Shown here piece by piece: positions 1-10,081 of a stretch of 64,000 bases of DNA. Within the stretch, counting starts at the first letter, position 1; every line of letters starts with the position of its first letter. Below the pieces are notes generated by a model. It searched no databases. It saw only the letters and a list, made by a program, of their open reading frames with translations, and was not told where the DNA came from. The translations under genes were made by a program, and so were the position numbers. The DNA is from a bacterium (GTDB taxonomy: Bacteria > UBA8248): contig OZ242260.1 of the NCBI GenBank assembly GCA_965207065.1, forward strand, positions 1,024,001 through 1,088,000, given 5' to 3'.

Positions 1-83
1 CAAGTCTGTTCTCCTTCCGGGCGGAGCGTGCAGTATCGCCCTTTCCCCGGTTTCCGTCAAACCAAAAGGGCCGAGGCAAATCG

Positions 84-113
84 TTGACATCTCCTCGAAA
101 GGGCGGTGATAAT
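84..113 (+). promoter_or_regulatory. Putative sigma70 promoter for the first operon
   Basis: TTGACA (84-89), 18-nt spacer, GATAAT (108-113) upstream of the GTG at 149. Confidence 0.45.
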
Positions 114-148
114 GAGCCTCCCGCCCGCCCCTGGAGGGGTAGCCCGCA

Positions 149-1333
149 GTGGATATTCACGAGGCGAAAACCGCCGTATCGAAGCTGATCGACGATCAGG
201 CGGACGCGCTTTGGGCGCTTTCCCTCGCGATTCACGCCGACCCGGAGTTGAGTCTCGAAGAACACCGCGCCGCCAATCGCCTATGCGTCTATCTCGAGGA
301 AAACGGATTTTCCCTCATCCGGGGCGTAGCGAACCTGCCCACCGCGTTTCGCGCAGACAGGCCCGCCGCAGACGAGGAAAAACCATCGGTATCGTTTCTT
401 TCGGAATATGACGCGCTGCCCGGCCTCGGGCACGCCTGCGCCCACAACGTCATCGGGGTCGCCGGCGTTGCCGCCGGCGTTGCGCTCAAAGAAACGCTCG
501 GACCCGAATTCGGAGGCGTCACCGTTTTCGGCACGCCCGGAGAAGAGGGTGGCGGCGGCAAGGTGCTGATGGCGCAAACCGGCATGTTCCGGGAAGTGGA
601 CGCCGCCATGATGATGCACCCATCGGACGAGACCAGGGCAGATATCAATCTTCTCGCCCTTTCCGAGCTTCGCTTTCATTTCAAGGGACGCGCCTCTCAC
701 GCCTCCGCAGCGCCCGAGCAAGGCGTCAACGCGCTCGACGCCCTCATCGCCACGTTTGGCGCCGTCTCCCTGCTTCGGCAGCAACTTTCCCGGAGCGATC
801 GCGTACACGGAGTCATCACCGAAGGCGGAGAGGCGCCCAACATCATCCCCGATAAAGCCTCCGCATGGTTTTTCGTGAGAAGCGAAACGATGGAGGGGCT
901 CGACGCGTTGGTCCCGCGGGTCATCGCCTGCGCGGAGGGCGCGGCCCTGGCCACGGGGGCGGAACTGGAAACTGAGAAAAACCCCATCACCTACGCCCCC
1001 ATGCGGGTCAACCCTCCTCTTGCGGCGTTGTTCCTGAAAAACCTGAACAGGCTCGGCGTTCACGAACCAGACGCCCCGCCGCCCCTGCGGATGGGATCCT
1101 CCGACGTGGGTAACGTGAGCCAGCAAACGCCCACCATTCATCCGCAAATCCAGATGGTTCCGCAGGGGGTCTCTGCGCATACGCCTGAGTTCGCCGAAGC
1201 ATCGGCGGGAGAAGAGGGCAGGCGCGTCCTGCTCACCGGCGCCAAGGCGCTGGCGATGACGGGCGTCGATTTTCTTCTCGATGAAGAAGCGCGCCGGAGC
1301 GTTCAATCTGAATTCGAGAGTCGGGAGGCATAA
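149..1333 (+). CDS. M20 family amidohydrolase (ACY1L2/AbgB-like)
   Basis: Motifs IHADPELSLEE, EYDALPGLGHACAHN, GTPGEEGGGGK, GSSDVGNVS; 394 aa. Confidence 0.9.
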   Translation: MDIHEAKTAVSKLIDDQADALWALSLAIHADPELSLEEHRAANRLCVYLEENGFSLIRGVANLPTAFRADRPAADEEKPSVSFLSEYDALPGLGHACAHNVIGVAGVAAGVALKETLGPEFGGVTVFGTPGEEGGGGKVLMAQTGMFREVDAAMMMHPSDETRADINLLALSELRFHFKGRASHASAAPEQGVNALDALIATFGAVSLLRQQLSRSDRVHGVITEGGEAPNIIPDKASAWFFVRSETMEGLDALVPRVIACAEGAALATGAELETEKNPITYAPMRVNPPLAALFLKNLNRLGVHEPDAPPPLRMGSSDVGNVSQQTPTIHPQIQMVPQGVSAHTPEFAEASAGEEGRRVLLTGAKALAMTGVDFLLDEEARRSVQSEFESREA

Positions 1334-1357
1334 AAAATCAAAAAACGGAAAACCGAC

Positions 1358-3580
1358 ATGAAACCACGAACCTGCGCCATCGCCTTACTCGGAATGTTTC
1401 TTCTCCCGGCAATCGCTTCTCCGGCGCCCAAGGAACGCCGCACGCGCGCGGCAAAACCCGTGGTCCAAAACCAGACTGCACTCTCAGCTCTGCCCGCCCG
1501 AATCGAAAAACTCCTGGAGAAGGAGCGATACGAGGAACTCATCCGCATGCTGCGCCGGAGTAAAACCGACATGGGCGGCAGGCGCGCTTTTCTGCTGGGC
1601 CACGCCTACTTGAAGCTCAAGCAATATCGCCCGGCGGTCAAAGCGTTTCAAAACGCGCTCGGGCAAATTCCCTCGCTCGAGAACTACTCTCTCCTGTTTC
1701 TGGCGAAAGCCGCAATCGGATCGAAAAACAACGCCATCGCCCGGCGCGCGCTCGAGAAACTGGTGAAAAAAGGAAAGAACGCTCCCGAGCCTCCTTTCGT
1801 CTACGAGGAGTTGATACGCATACACCGGGAGGAAAAACGACCCCTGAGCGCGGCGAAGATCGCCAAGCGCTACCTGCTCCTGTTCCCGAAAAGCTACCAG
1901 GCGCCCGATTTTCTGCTCAGGCGCGCCAAGGCGCTCCGGGCCGCGCGGCGAAACAGGCAGGCCGCGCTCGCCTTTCGGGCGTTGTGGCGGCGGCACCCCG
2001 AACATCCCGGCGCGCGAAGGGCGCTACGACGCTCGCTGAGAATCGGCGCCGCACTCTCTCCGCCTCTTAAAAAACCGGGGGCCAAGACCCACTACGAACG
2101 CGCCCGGCTCCTCAGAAAACGCTATCACTTCGAGAAGTCTTTGAGAGGGCTTCGGGACCTGAAGCGCCTGTTTCCCAAGGCGCCCTACCACGAGGGCATC
2201 GTCTTCAACGAAGCGCTCGCGCTGTTTTCCCTGCGCCAGACGAAACAGGCGGACCCCGCCCTCAGGCACGCCATCAGGCATTTCCCCGCAGGCAGCGCCC
2301 AGCGGGCGGAGGCGCGGTATTTCCTGGCCAGAAACCATCTGCGAAAAGGGATTCAACCCGCCTTCGAAAAGCAGGCGCATCGCCTGCTCAAGGAGAAGAA
2401 AAAAGGGAAATGGGCGGCGAAGACGCGCTACCTCCTCGCCCGCGTTTATGAGGACGACCGAAATTTCAAAAAGTCCGCACGCTATTACCAGAATGTAATT
2501 TCCAAACACCCGCGCTCCCCGCTGGCACCCAAGGCGCTGTTCCAACTCGCCTGGCTCCGCTTTCAGTCGAAAGACTACCGCCGGGCGCACAAAGAATTCT
2601 CGAAGATGAAAACCACCTATCCCGAACACTGGCTGGTATCCTCCGCCACCTACTGGGCCGGCGTTTCCGCAGAAAGAACAGGCGACAGAAAGAGCGCCCT
2701 CGCCCAGTACCGCGCCTGCGCCAGGGGACACCGCCACCGCTATTACGGACAACTCGCCCTGCGGGCCATCGATCGTCTCACGCGCGGGGGAGACCCGGTC
2801 GCGACGAAGCCTCCCCCTTTGAGAGAGGCCGGCTACCGCAAGTGGCAGCGGCCACCGCCGAAAAGCGCTCCGGTTCGAGAGGCGGCCGCGCTGCTCTCCT
2901 CCATGGGTTTTCATGAACTCGCCGCCAAGGAGTACCGCCGCCTCGGCTCATCGCCATATTCGCGCTACCACGCTGCGCGCGCCTTTACAGCGGCGGGCCA
3001 GAGCCACCGCGCCATATACCTGATCAACAAATCGTTCTGGGATGCGGTGCGCGCGGGCGGAAGCGACCTGCCGAGAAAGTTCTGGGAAATCGTCTACCCC
3101 CTCGCCGTCAAACGCAAAGAGCCCGGAGGGGCGAACCCCTATCTGGTGAACGCCGTCATCAGGGCGGAGAGCTCCTTCGACCCCCGCGCGTTCTCCCCCG
3201 CAGGCGCGATGGGACTGATGCAGCTCATGCCGGCGACCGGACGCAGGCTCGCGAGAAAGCACAAAATCCGCATCAAGTCCGTGAACGAACTGTTCGACCC
3301 GAAGATCAACACCCGCCTGGGCGCGAGGCATTTAGGCGCGCTCATTCGCGAGTTCGGCGGCGCGCTCGTTCCCGCGATCGCGAGCTACAACGCGGGCCGC
3401 TTGCCCGTGAAAAGATGGTGGAAGGCCGGACGCAACAAACCGATCGAAATCTTCATCGAGGAAATTCCCTACCAGGAAACGAAAAACTACGTCAAAAGAG
3501 TTCTGGGCTATTACCACGAATATAAAAGAATCTATGGCGAGGCGAATCGCTCGAAACGGGGGGGAACGCCTCCCTCATGA
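1358..3580 (+). CDS. Soluble lytic murein transglycosylase with TPR repeats
   Basis: Signal peptide, TPR-like helices, C-terminal SLT motifs IRAESSF, GAMGLMQLMP, ASYNAG, ETKNYV. Confidence 0.92.
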   Translation: MKPRTCAIALLGMFLLPAIASPAPKERRTRAAKPVVQNQTALSALPARIEKLLEKERYEELIRMLRRSKTDMGGRRAFLLGHAYLKLKQYRPAVKAFQNALGQIPSLENYSLLFLAKAAIGSKNNAIARRALEKLVKKGKNAPEPPFVYEELIRIHREEKRPLSAAKIAKRYLLLFPKSYQAPDFLLRRAKALRAARRNRQAALAFRALWRRHPEHPGARRALRRSLRIGAALSPPLKKPGAKTHYERARLLRKRYHFEKSLRGLRDLKRLFPKAPYHEGIVFNEALALFSLRQTKQADPALRHAIRHFPAGSAQRAEARYFLARNHLRKGIQPAFEKQAHRLLKEKKKGKWAAKTRYLLARVYEDDRNFKKSARYYQNVISKHPRSPLAPKALFQLAWLRFQSKDYRRAHKEFSKMKTTYPEHWLVSSATYWAGVSAERTGDRKSALAQYRACARGHRHRYYGQLALRAIDRLTRGGDPVATKPPPLREAGYRKWQRPPPKSAPVREAAALLSSMGFHELAAKEYRRLGSSPYSRYHAARAFTAAGQSHRAIYLINKSFWDAVRAGGSDLPRKFWEIVYPLAVKRKEPGGANPYLVNAVIRAESSFDPRAFSPAGAMGLMQLMPATGRRLARKHKIRIKSVNELFDPKINTRLGARHLGALIREFGGALVPAIASYNAGRLPVKRWWKAGRNKPIEIFIEEIPYQETKNYVKRVLGYYHEYKRIYGEANRSKRGGTPPS

Positions 3581-4791
3581 ACAAACCGCGCTCTCTTCTG
3601 GCCATCGGCCTCATGTCGGGAACCTCCGCCGATGGCGTGGACGCCGCCCTGGTGCGGATTCTCCCGGGCGAGCGGGCGCAAGTCGAAACCCTGGGCTTTC
3701 ACACAACTCCTTATCCTAAGGACCTAAGGAAACGGCTGCTGCTCGCCGCAGGCGAGGAGGGCGCCCGGACGGAGGAGGTTTGCGCTCTGCACCGGGAGGT
3801 GGGTGAAGCATTCGCCAACGCCGCGCTCGAAGTGGCGTCACGCTCCGACACCCCGCTTGAAAAAATCGACTTTATCGGCAGCCACGGCCAGACAGTGCGC
3901 CATCTGCCGGATGGCATGGAGGGAACGCACGGGCCGCTGCTCCCCTCCACCTTCCAGATAGGCGATCCCGCCTTCATCGCCCAGCGCACGGGAATCACCT
4001 GCGTCAGCGATTTCAGATCGCGCGACGTGGCCGCAGGCGGCGCGGGCGCTCCCCTGACCCCCTGGGCGCACCGGATTCTCTTCAGCCGGGAGAACGCCGC
4101 CTCCGCTTTCCTGAACCTGGGCGGTATCTCGAACATCACCTATCTCCCTCCCGCAGGAGAGGAAGGTGTCTTCGGTTTCGATTGCGGACCGGCGAACATG
4201 ACGCTCGACGCGCTCGCACGGCGAATCACAAACGGGGAGAAAACCCACGACACGGGCGGCGACCTGGCGGCGGCGGGCCGCGTATGCCCCGAAACCCTGG
4301 CCGAGCTCCGCCGGCACCCATACCTCAAACGAAAGCCACCCAAAAGCACGGGCAGGGAGATGTTCGGCGATACGTTCGTCAACGAAACCGCCGAGCGCAT
4401 GGCTGCGCGCGGAAGCGAGTTGAAAGACGCCATCGCCACGCTCACCGCCTTTTCCGCTTCGTGTGTTGCGGATGCGATTCGGGATTTCATACCAACCGAC
4501 CCTCCACTCGCCGAGGTGGTGGTCGGCGGCGGCGGGGTCCACAACAACACCCTGATGCGCCGCCTGCGCGAAGCGCTGGGAAACCAAACCCTCGTCAAGA
4601 GCGACGCGCGGGGCGTCTCGCCCGATGCCGTCGAGGCAGTCTGTTTCGCCTTGCTGGCGCGGGGCACTCTCACCGGAGGGGCGAACAACCTGCCGAGCGT
4701 CACAGGAGCCAGAGAAGCCGTATGCCTCGGGAATATCACGCAGGGGCGGAATTTTGCTTCCCTGATGAGGCGTTTCCTCAATTCCATGTGA
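3577..4791 (+). CDS. anmK: Anhydro-N-acetylmuramic acid kinase
   Basis: IGLMSGTSADGVD, IGSHGQTVRH, DFRSRDVAAGGAGAPL, NLGGISN, PPKSTGRE; overlaps the upstream stop (ATGA). Confidence 0.95.
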   Translation: MNKPRSLLAIGLMSGTSADGVDAALVRILPGERAQVETLGFHTTPYPKDLRKRLLLAAGEEGARTEEVCALHREVGEAFANAALEVASRSDTPLEKIDFIGSHGQTVRHLPDGMEGTHGPLLPSTFQIGDPAFIAQRTGITCVSDFRSRDVAAGGAGAPLTPWAHRILFSRENAASAFLNLGGISNITYLPPAGEEGVFGFDCGPANMTLDALARRITNGEKTHDTGGDLAAAGRVCPETLAELRRHPYLKRKPPKSTGREMFGDTFVNETAERMAARGSELKDAIATLTAFSASCVADAIRDFIPTDPPLAEVVVGGGGVHNNTLMRRLREALGNQTLVKSDARGVSPDAVEAVCFALLARGTLTGGANNLPSVTGAREAVCLGNITQGRNFASLMRRFLNSM

Positions 4792-4863
4792 GGATGCTCA
4801 TACTCAAACGAATCAAGATGCGGCATCATGCTCTGTCGACTTTCAACCATCAGGAGATAAAAC

Positions 4864-6051
4864 GTGGATGCGGCCATCGAGGCGCAAGCCGTCTCACTCA
4901 CCAAGGATTTAATCGCGATTCCCAGCGAGAACCCCACGGGCGATGAATTCGCCATGGCGGACCGGATGGAGGCGTATTTCCGGGGCATCGGGCTCGAGGT
5001 AATGCGCGAGCGCGTCTCCGAGAGACGCGAGAACGTAACGGCGGAGATCACAGGCTCGGGAGACGGCCCCGCCCTCGTTTTTCTCAATCACATGGATACC
5101 GTGCCCGTGGGCGAGGGCTGGTCGCGCGAGCCGTTTCTCGCGACCGAGGAGGAAGGGAAGATTTGGGGGAGGGGAAGCTGCGACATGAAGGGCGGCATCG
5201 CGGCGAGTCTCGCGGCGATGGAGAACCTCAAGCGGCGAATCGACGGCGGGGCGACGGCGAAGGGCACCGTTCGCTGCTGCATGGTGGTGGATGAGGAAAG
5301 CGGCTGCATGACAGGCACCGAAGCGGCTATCGCGAGCGGATACATCGGCGCGGACGACATCGTGATTTCCTGCGAGCCGACCGAACTCGCCCTGATAACG
5401 GCGCAAAAAGGCGCCATGTGGTTCGAGATCATCTTCGGTGGAAAGAGCGCCCACGCCGCGGCGCCCCACATGGGAGCGGACGCGATTCACGCCGCATCCC
5501 ACGCCGTGGTGGCCCTACAGGAAGCGGTGGCGCAACTGCCCTACGAAGACCCCCTGCTGGGGCGATGCACCATGGTCACGAGCATGATCGACGGGGGCCA
5601 CAAGACCAACGTGGTGTCGGAGAGATGCGCGATGCAGATCGACTCACGCTTCGTCCCGCCCCTGCGGACGTCAGACATCCAGCAAATCATTCACGAGAAA
5701 GCCGCCGAGGCCTGCGAACGGGTGAGCGGGGTCGAATTCTCCCTGCGCGCCACCATAGCGGACCGACCACCCGTGACGGCGGACACCGACAGCCCCGGCG
5801 CCAAACTCATTTTCGAGACTTTGGGAGAAATCCTGGGCTCCGAACCCGAGCCCGCGGGGGTGAGTTATTACTCGGACGCCGGTATGGCCGCGGCCCAGAC
5901 CGGGAGCCGAAACTGCTTTCTCCTGGGGCCTGGAAACATCGAACAAGCCCACACGCCCGATGAATTCATCGAAGTCGATTCGCTGAAAAATGCAGCCCGC
6001 GTCTACGGCAGACTGCTCGAAAAATTCGTGCTGGACGAAAACTCACCATAA
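4864..6051 (+). CDS. ArgE/DapE-like M20 deacylase
   Basis: HMDTVP, GRGSCDMKGG, VDEE, CEPT, GPGNIEQAHTPDE; GTG start after AGGAG. Confidence 0.88.
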   Translation: MDAAIEAQAVSLTKDLIAIPSENPTGDEFAMADRMEAYFRGIGLEVMRERVSERRENVTAEITGSGDGPALVFLNHMDTVPVGEGWSREPFLATEEEGKIWGRGSCDMKGGIAASLAAMENLKRRIDGGATAKGTVRCCMVVDEESGCMTGTEAAIASGYIGADDIVISCEPTELALITAQKGAMWFEIIFGGKSAHAAAPHMGADAIHAASHAVVALQEAVAQLPYEDPLLGRCTMVTSMIDGGHKTNVVSERCAMQIDSRFVPPLRTSDIQQIIHEKAAEACERVSGVEFSLRATIADRPPVTADTDSPGAKLIFETLGEILGSEPEPAGVSYYSDAGMAAAQTGSRNCFLLGPGNIEQAHTPDEFIEVDSLKNAARVYGRLLEKFVLDENSP

Positions 6052-6060
6052 CCATCGCCA

Positions 6061-8412
6061 TCACTCAACGGCGTGCTTTTCCAGCGCCCGGAGCAATTCC
6101 ATGATGCTGTCGAGCGCTTCCGCTGCGCCGAGGTCAAGAAAGATGCGGCGCGCTTCGGTCAGGCATTCGCGTGAGGCCTCCCATTCGCGTCCCTCGAAAT
6201 GCACCCGGCCCAGGCTCCCGAGCGCTACGCCCTGAGCGAGTACGCTCCCTTGTTCGCGGTTTATCTCCAGGGCCGCCTCATACGATTCACGCGCTTCGGG
6301 CAAATCGCCCCGCGCGTAGTGAATGTTCCCCATCCCGCTCAGGTTCGCCGCCTCGGCTTTTCTGTTCTCGAGTCCGCGATTCAGGCGCAAGGCGTTCTCG
6401 TAATACCGAAGCGCGCGCGTGAATTGCTCCTGCGCGGCAAAGCTCACCCCCATCTGAGAGTACACCAGGGCTTCGCCCGCCTTGTCCCCGATTTTCTGAC
6501 AGAGATTCAGCGCTCCGTCCAGGCTTACCTGCGCCGCTTCGTACTCGCCCGTCTCCGTCAAGACGGAGGCCAGCGCGGTGTGCGCCCGCGCCTCGCTGCG
6601 CCTGTCCCCCGACCTGTGGAACAGATGCGCCGCCTCGGAAAGATGTTCTCTGGCTTTTTCCTTATCCCCCAGACGGCGGAACAACCGACCGACCCGCATC
6701 CGTAAGGTGGATAATTGCTCCAGCGCTCCCTGCGGCCCGATATAGTCGATCGTCTTCTCGTAGGATTCCGCCGCCTTCTGGTCATCGCCCTTTCGCTGGT
6801 AGAAATACCCCATGTTCCTGGAGATCACCGCCTGCACCGGTACATCCCGACCCGCTTCCCGGAACGCCTCGCGCGAATAGGAAATCGCAGGCTCCACTTT
6901 TTCCCGCAGATAGGAAGCCACGGCCAGCGCGTTGAGAACGGGCGCGAGTCGACTCGCGCGCCGCAAGGATTCCTTGAGGTGTTCCGTCGCATCCTGATTG
7001 CGCCCCAGTATCATCTCGAGAATGGCCAGACGCAGATATTCCTCGGAAGCCGGCGTCTGTCGGGTTCTCTCGCGTTGACCGAGATCGATGCCGGCGGCAT
7101 TCACAACGCCCGGGGTCCAGGCAGGAAGCTTATGCTCCAAGTCTTCCGCCAGGAGCAAATCTCCCGGACAAAAATCCGCCACGAGTTCGCGTATCAATTC
7201 AGAGGGTGTGTTGGCCGGAGTCTCGTGCGAGGCGGCCAGCGGCGCCGCTTCGCCCGGAACGAGTTCCTCCACATCATCGTCGAGTGGAAAATCAATCTCC
7301 CCGGTGTCTTCCGCCACCCCGGGTTCTTCCTGCAAGGCTGCGCTTTGCGAAAAGTCTTCATCCTCGGCGCGTTCACGCTGAATGAGGGAAATGACATCTT
7401 CCTCGGCAACGGGCGCCGGTGCGGACTCCTCTTCCGACTCCGGAGGCGAAGACCCCTCTTCGGGCTCAAGAACTTGTGAATCGGGAGGAGCTTCATCGGG
7501 TTCAGCTTCCGCGAAAACCGGCTCCTCAGGCCGCGTCGGCGGCGGCTCGTCAACATACTCTTCGAATTGTGGTTCCGGCTTCGATTCCCGAGCGGCTTCC
7601 ACGGCCTCGTCATCCCGATCCTCGCGCGCAGGCTCAGCGGGCGCATCCGCCACGCCTTCGCCCTCACGCGTAAGACGAAGAACCTCCTCCTCGCCTTCCT
7701 CCTCAGGCGCAGGCGCATCAACACGAACCTCGCTCACGGCGGGAATCCGCATGCGCAGCGGGGCGCCTGCTCCCTGGCTGACTTCGGCGGCCTCCTGCAT
7801 CTCCTCATCGTCGAGAACTTCCTCGAACCGCGTTTCGCTGTCGACTTTCGCCGGCGAAGCGGGCGGCTCGACCAAAGAGGCCTCCATTAACTCATCCGCC
7901 TCCCGAGGGTATTCCGCATCAACCGGCTCGGACAATCCATCCCACCAGGGAGCGTCCGTCTCCGAGGCGGGGGCTTTATCCGCGCCAGACACCGGCTTTT
8001 CGTCATCTCCCGGCGGAGCCTCGCCTTCGGCAGGGGGGGTCTCATCTGTAAGAACCTCGCGACTTTCCACTTCGATGATCCGCACGCCTTCTTCCACGTC
8101 ATCCAGCGATTCCGAGGAATTGGCGGCTACCTCACGGACGCTTCCGCTCTGGGCCGCCTCCTGTCGATCCTCATCTTCTCGATCCTCATCGACGTCAGGT
8201 ATGAAATCATCGATGAAGCGAGAGGAAACATCCTCCCAGCTGTCGAGCGCGCTGCCCCGGGACCCGCCTTTCGAATCGCCGCCCCGTGCATGCGCTGAAC
8301 GCCTCGTGCGCTGCAAAGCGCGGCGGCGCATCCACAAAACGACGGGGATACCCAAAAGGGCGACCACTCCCACCGCGCCGAACATTATCTTCCAGACAGC
8401 CAATTCAAACAT
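6061..8412 (-). CDS. Membrane-anchored protein with long acidic linker and C-terminal TPR array
   Basis: Likely start 8412 (MFELAVWK..., 8-nt overlap with the upstream gene); one N-terminal hydrophobic helix, ~350 aa E/D/P-rich region, then TPR-like repeats. Confidence 0.8.
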   Translation of the reverse strand: MFELAVWKIMFGAVGVVALLGIPVVLWMRRRALQRTRRSAHARGGDSKGGSRGSALDSWEDVSSRFIDDFIPDVDEDREDEDRQEAAQSGSVREVAANSSESLDDVEEGVRIIEVESREVLTDETPPAEGEAPPGDDEKPVSGADKAPASETDAPWWDGLSEPVDAEYPREADELMEASLVEPPASPAKVDSETRFEEVLDDEEMQEAAEVSQGAGAPLRMRIPAVSEVRVDAPAPEEEGEEEVLRLTREGEGVADAPAEPAREDRDDEAVEAARESKPEPQFEEYVDEPPPTRPEEPVFAEAEPDEAPPDSQVLEPEEGSSPPESEEESAPAPVAEEDVISLIQRERAEDEDFSQSAALQEEPGVAEDTGEIDFPLDDDVEELVPGEAAPLAASHETPANTPSELIRELVADFCPGDLLLAEDLEHKLPAWTPGVVNAAGIDLGQRERTRQTPASEEYLRLAILEMILGRNQDATEHLKESLRRASRLAPVLNALAVASYLREKVEPAISYSREAFREAGRDVPVQAVISRNMGYFYQRKGDDQKAAESYEKTIDYIGPQGALEQLSTLRMRVGRLFRRLGDKEKAREHLSEAAHLFHRSGDRRSEARAHTALASVLTETGEYEAAQVSLDGALNLCQKIGDKAGEALVYSQMGVSFAAQEQFTRALRYYENALRLNRGLENRKAEAANLSGMGNIHYARGDLPEARESYEAALEINREQGSVLAQGVALGSLGRVHFEGREWEASRECLTEARRIFLDLGAAEALDSIMELLRALEKHAVE

Positions 8413-10012
8413 TCGCCGTCTCCCGACGGATGAGTTTACGCAGCGCACGGCCGGCGCGCGCTCCGGTATGGCTCCCACCTTCCACGACGACTTCTCCGTT
8501 CACGAGAACCATCTCTACGCCCGAGGGGTAGGCAATGGGCCGCTCGTAGGTACACTCGTCACGTATCTCGTCGGGATTGAACAAAACGATATCGGCTTTC
8601 ATTCCGACCGCGAGACGCCCCCGATCCGCAATGCCCAGCCGTTCGCAGGGAGCGGAGGTCATCTTGCGTATCCCCTCGGCCATCGTGAAGAGCCCCTCGT
8701 CCCGCGCCAGCGCGCCCAGGACGAAGGGAAACGTGCCGAAATTCCTCGGATGCGGCCTGCCCGCGCCCAAGGGCGGCTCGTGCGTGAGCGCGCCCGCGTC
8801 CGAACCCACCATGACGTAGGGCTTGCCGAGGATGCGGCGCATGTTCTCCGCGCTCATCATGAAAATGAGAATCTCGACGTTCATCCCCTCCTCGAGCAGC
8901 AAATCGAGCATCGCATCCACGGGGGCCGCATTCCGGGTCTCCCCCAGAACCGCGAGGGTGAGGCCCTCGCAAGGCCGGTTCGCCTCCGTGAACACCCGGC
9001 TGATCAAAATATTCTCCCAGTAGGAGGGCTCGGGGTGCGCACTCATGATCTCGCCCCGCAACCTCGTCCTGGTTTCCGGGTTGGCGAGACGCGCCATTTT
9101 CTCGTCGAGAGCGCCGTCATGCGCCCAATCGGGCAACAGCGCGCTCAGGTGGGTGTTCGAGGCCGTGTAGGGATACCGATCACAGGTCACGTCCTCTCCC
9201 CTCTCCCGGGCACGCTCGATCCGGGCGAAGGCCTCGTCGAGCTTCTCCCAATTCCGCTCGCCCGCCGTCTTCAGGTGGCTGATCTGAAGCGGCAGCCCCG
9301 CCGATGCGGCCGCGCCCATCACCTCGTCCATCGCCTCGAGAAGCGCGTCTCCCTCGCTGCGCATGTGGGTGGCCAGAAGCCCCCCCTTGCGCGCCGAGAC
9401 CCGGCAAAGGGCGGCGAGTTCTTCTTTATCCGCGAAACAGGCCGGCGCATAGACCAATCCGGTGGACAGACCGAAGGCACCCTGCGCCATTCCCGAGGAG
9501 AGCATCTCCTCCATCGCGGCGAGTTCTTCCGCGCGGGCCGCGCGCGCCACGCCGCCCATTACGCTCGCGCGAATCGTGTTGTGCCCCACCAGATGCGCAT
9601 AGTTAATCGATACGCCCACATCATCCACGTGATGAAGGTGCTCGCCAACGCTCTGAAACGGGAGGTCCAGGTCGAATTGCTCCCGGTACCATTTCCTGCG
9701 CTCCTCGGCCTCGGCCCCGCGAATCGGGGAGGCGGCGTAGCCGCAGTTACCTCCCACGTCGGTCGTCACCCCCTGGCGAACCTTCGCGTGCGCCTCGGGA
9801 TTGATGAGGAGGTAGTAATCCGAATGACCGTGAATGTCGACGAATCCGGGGCTCAGCGCCAGACCTCTCGCGTCGACCTCGCGATGAGCGGAGCCGCTCA
9901 CTTTGGGACCAACCTCAGCGATGGCGTCTCCGCGAACGGCGAGCGCACCTTCATACGGGGGGTCGCCCAAACCGTCGAATATCATGGCATGGTGAAATAT
10001 GACGTCATACAT
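8405..10012 (-). CDS. N-acyl-D-amino-acid deacylase (D-aminoacylase)
   Basis: PGFVDIHGHSD, QGVTTDVGGNCG, HMRSEG, ISHLK, GSD, HPRNFGTF. Confidence 0.92.
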   Translation of the reverse strand: MYDVIFHHAMIFDGLGDPPYEGALAVRGDAIAEVGPKVSGSAHREVDARGLALSPGFVDIHGHSDYYLLINPEAHAKVRQGVTTDVGGNCGYAASPIRGAEAEERRKWYREQFDLDLPFQSVGEHLHHVDDVGVSINYAHLVGHNTIRASVMGGVARAARAEELAAMEEMLSSGMAQGAFGLSTGLVYAPACFADKEELAALCRVSARKGGLLATHMRSEGDALLEAMDEVMGAAASAGLPLQISHLKTAGERNWEKLDEAFARIERARERGEDVTCDRYPYTASNTHLSALLPDWAHDGALDEKMARLANPETRTRLRGEIMSAHPEPSYWENILISRVFTEANRPCEGLTLAVLGETRNAAPVDAMLDLLLEEGMNVEILIFMMSAENMRRILGKPYVMVGSDAGALTHEPPLGAGRPHPRNFGTFPFVLGALARDEGLFTMAEGIRKMTSAPCERLGIADRGRLAVGMKADIVLFNPDEIRDECTYERPIAYPSGVEMVLVNGEVVVEGGSHTGARAGRALRKLIRRETANV

Positions 10013-10081
10013 CGTGGACTGCCCGGGGCGGAAGCGGCTCGACCGTCGATCTTAGCAGCAAAGCGAATTATGGGCGAATCT

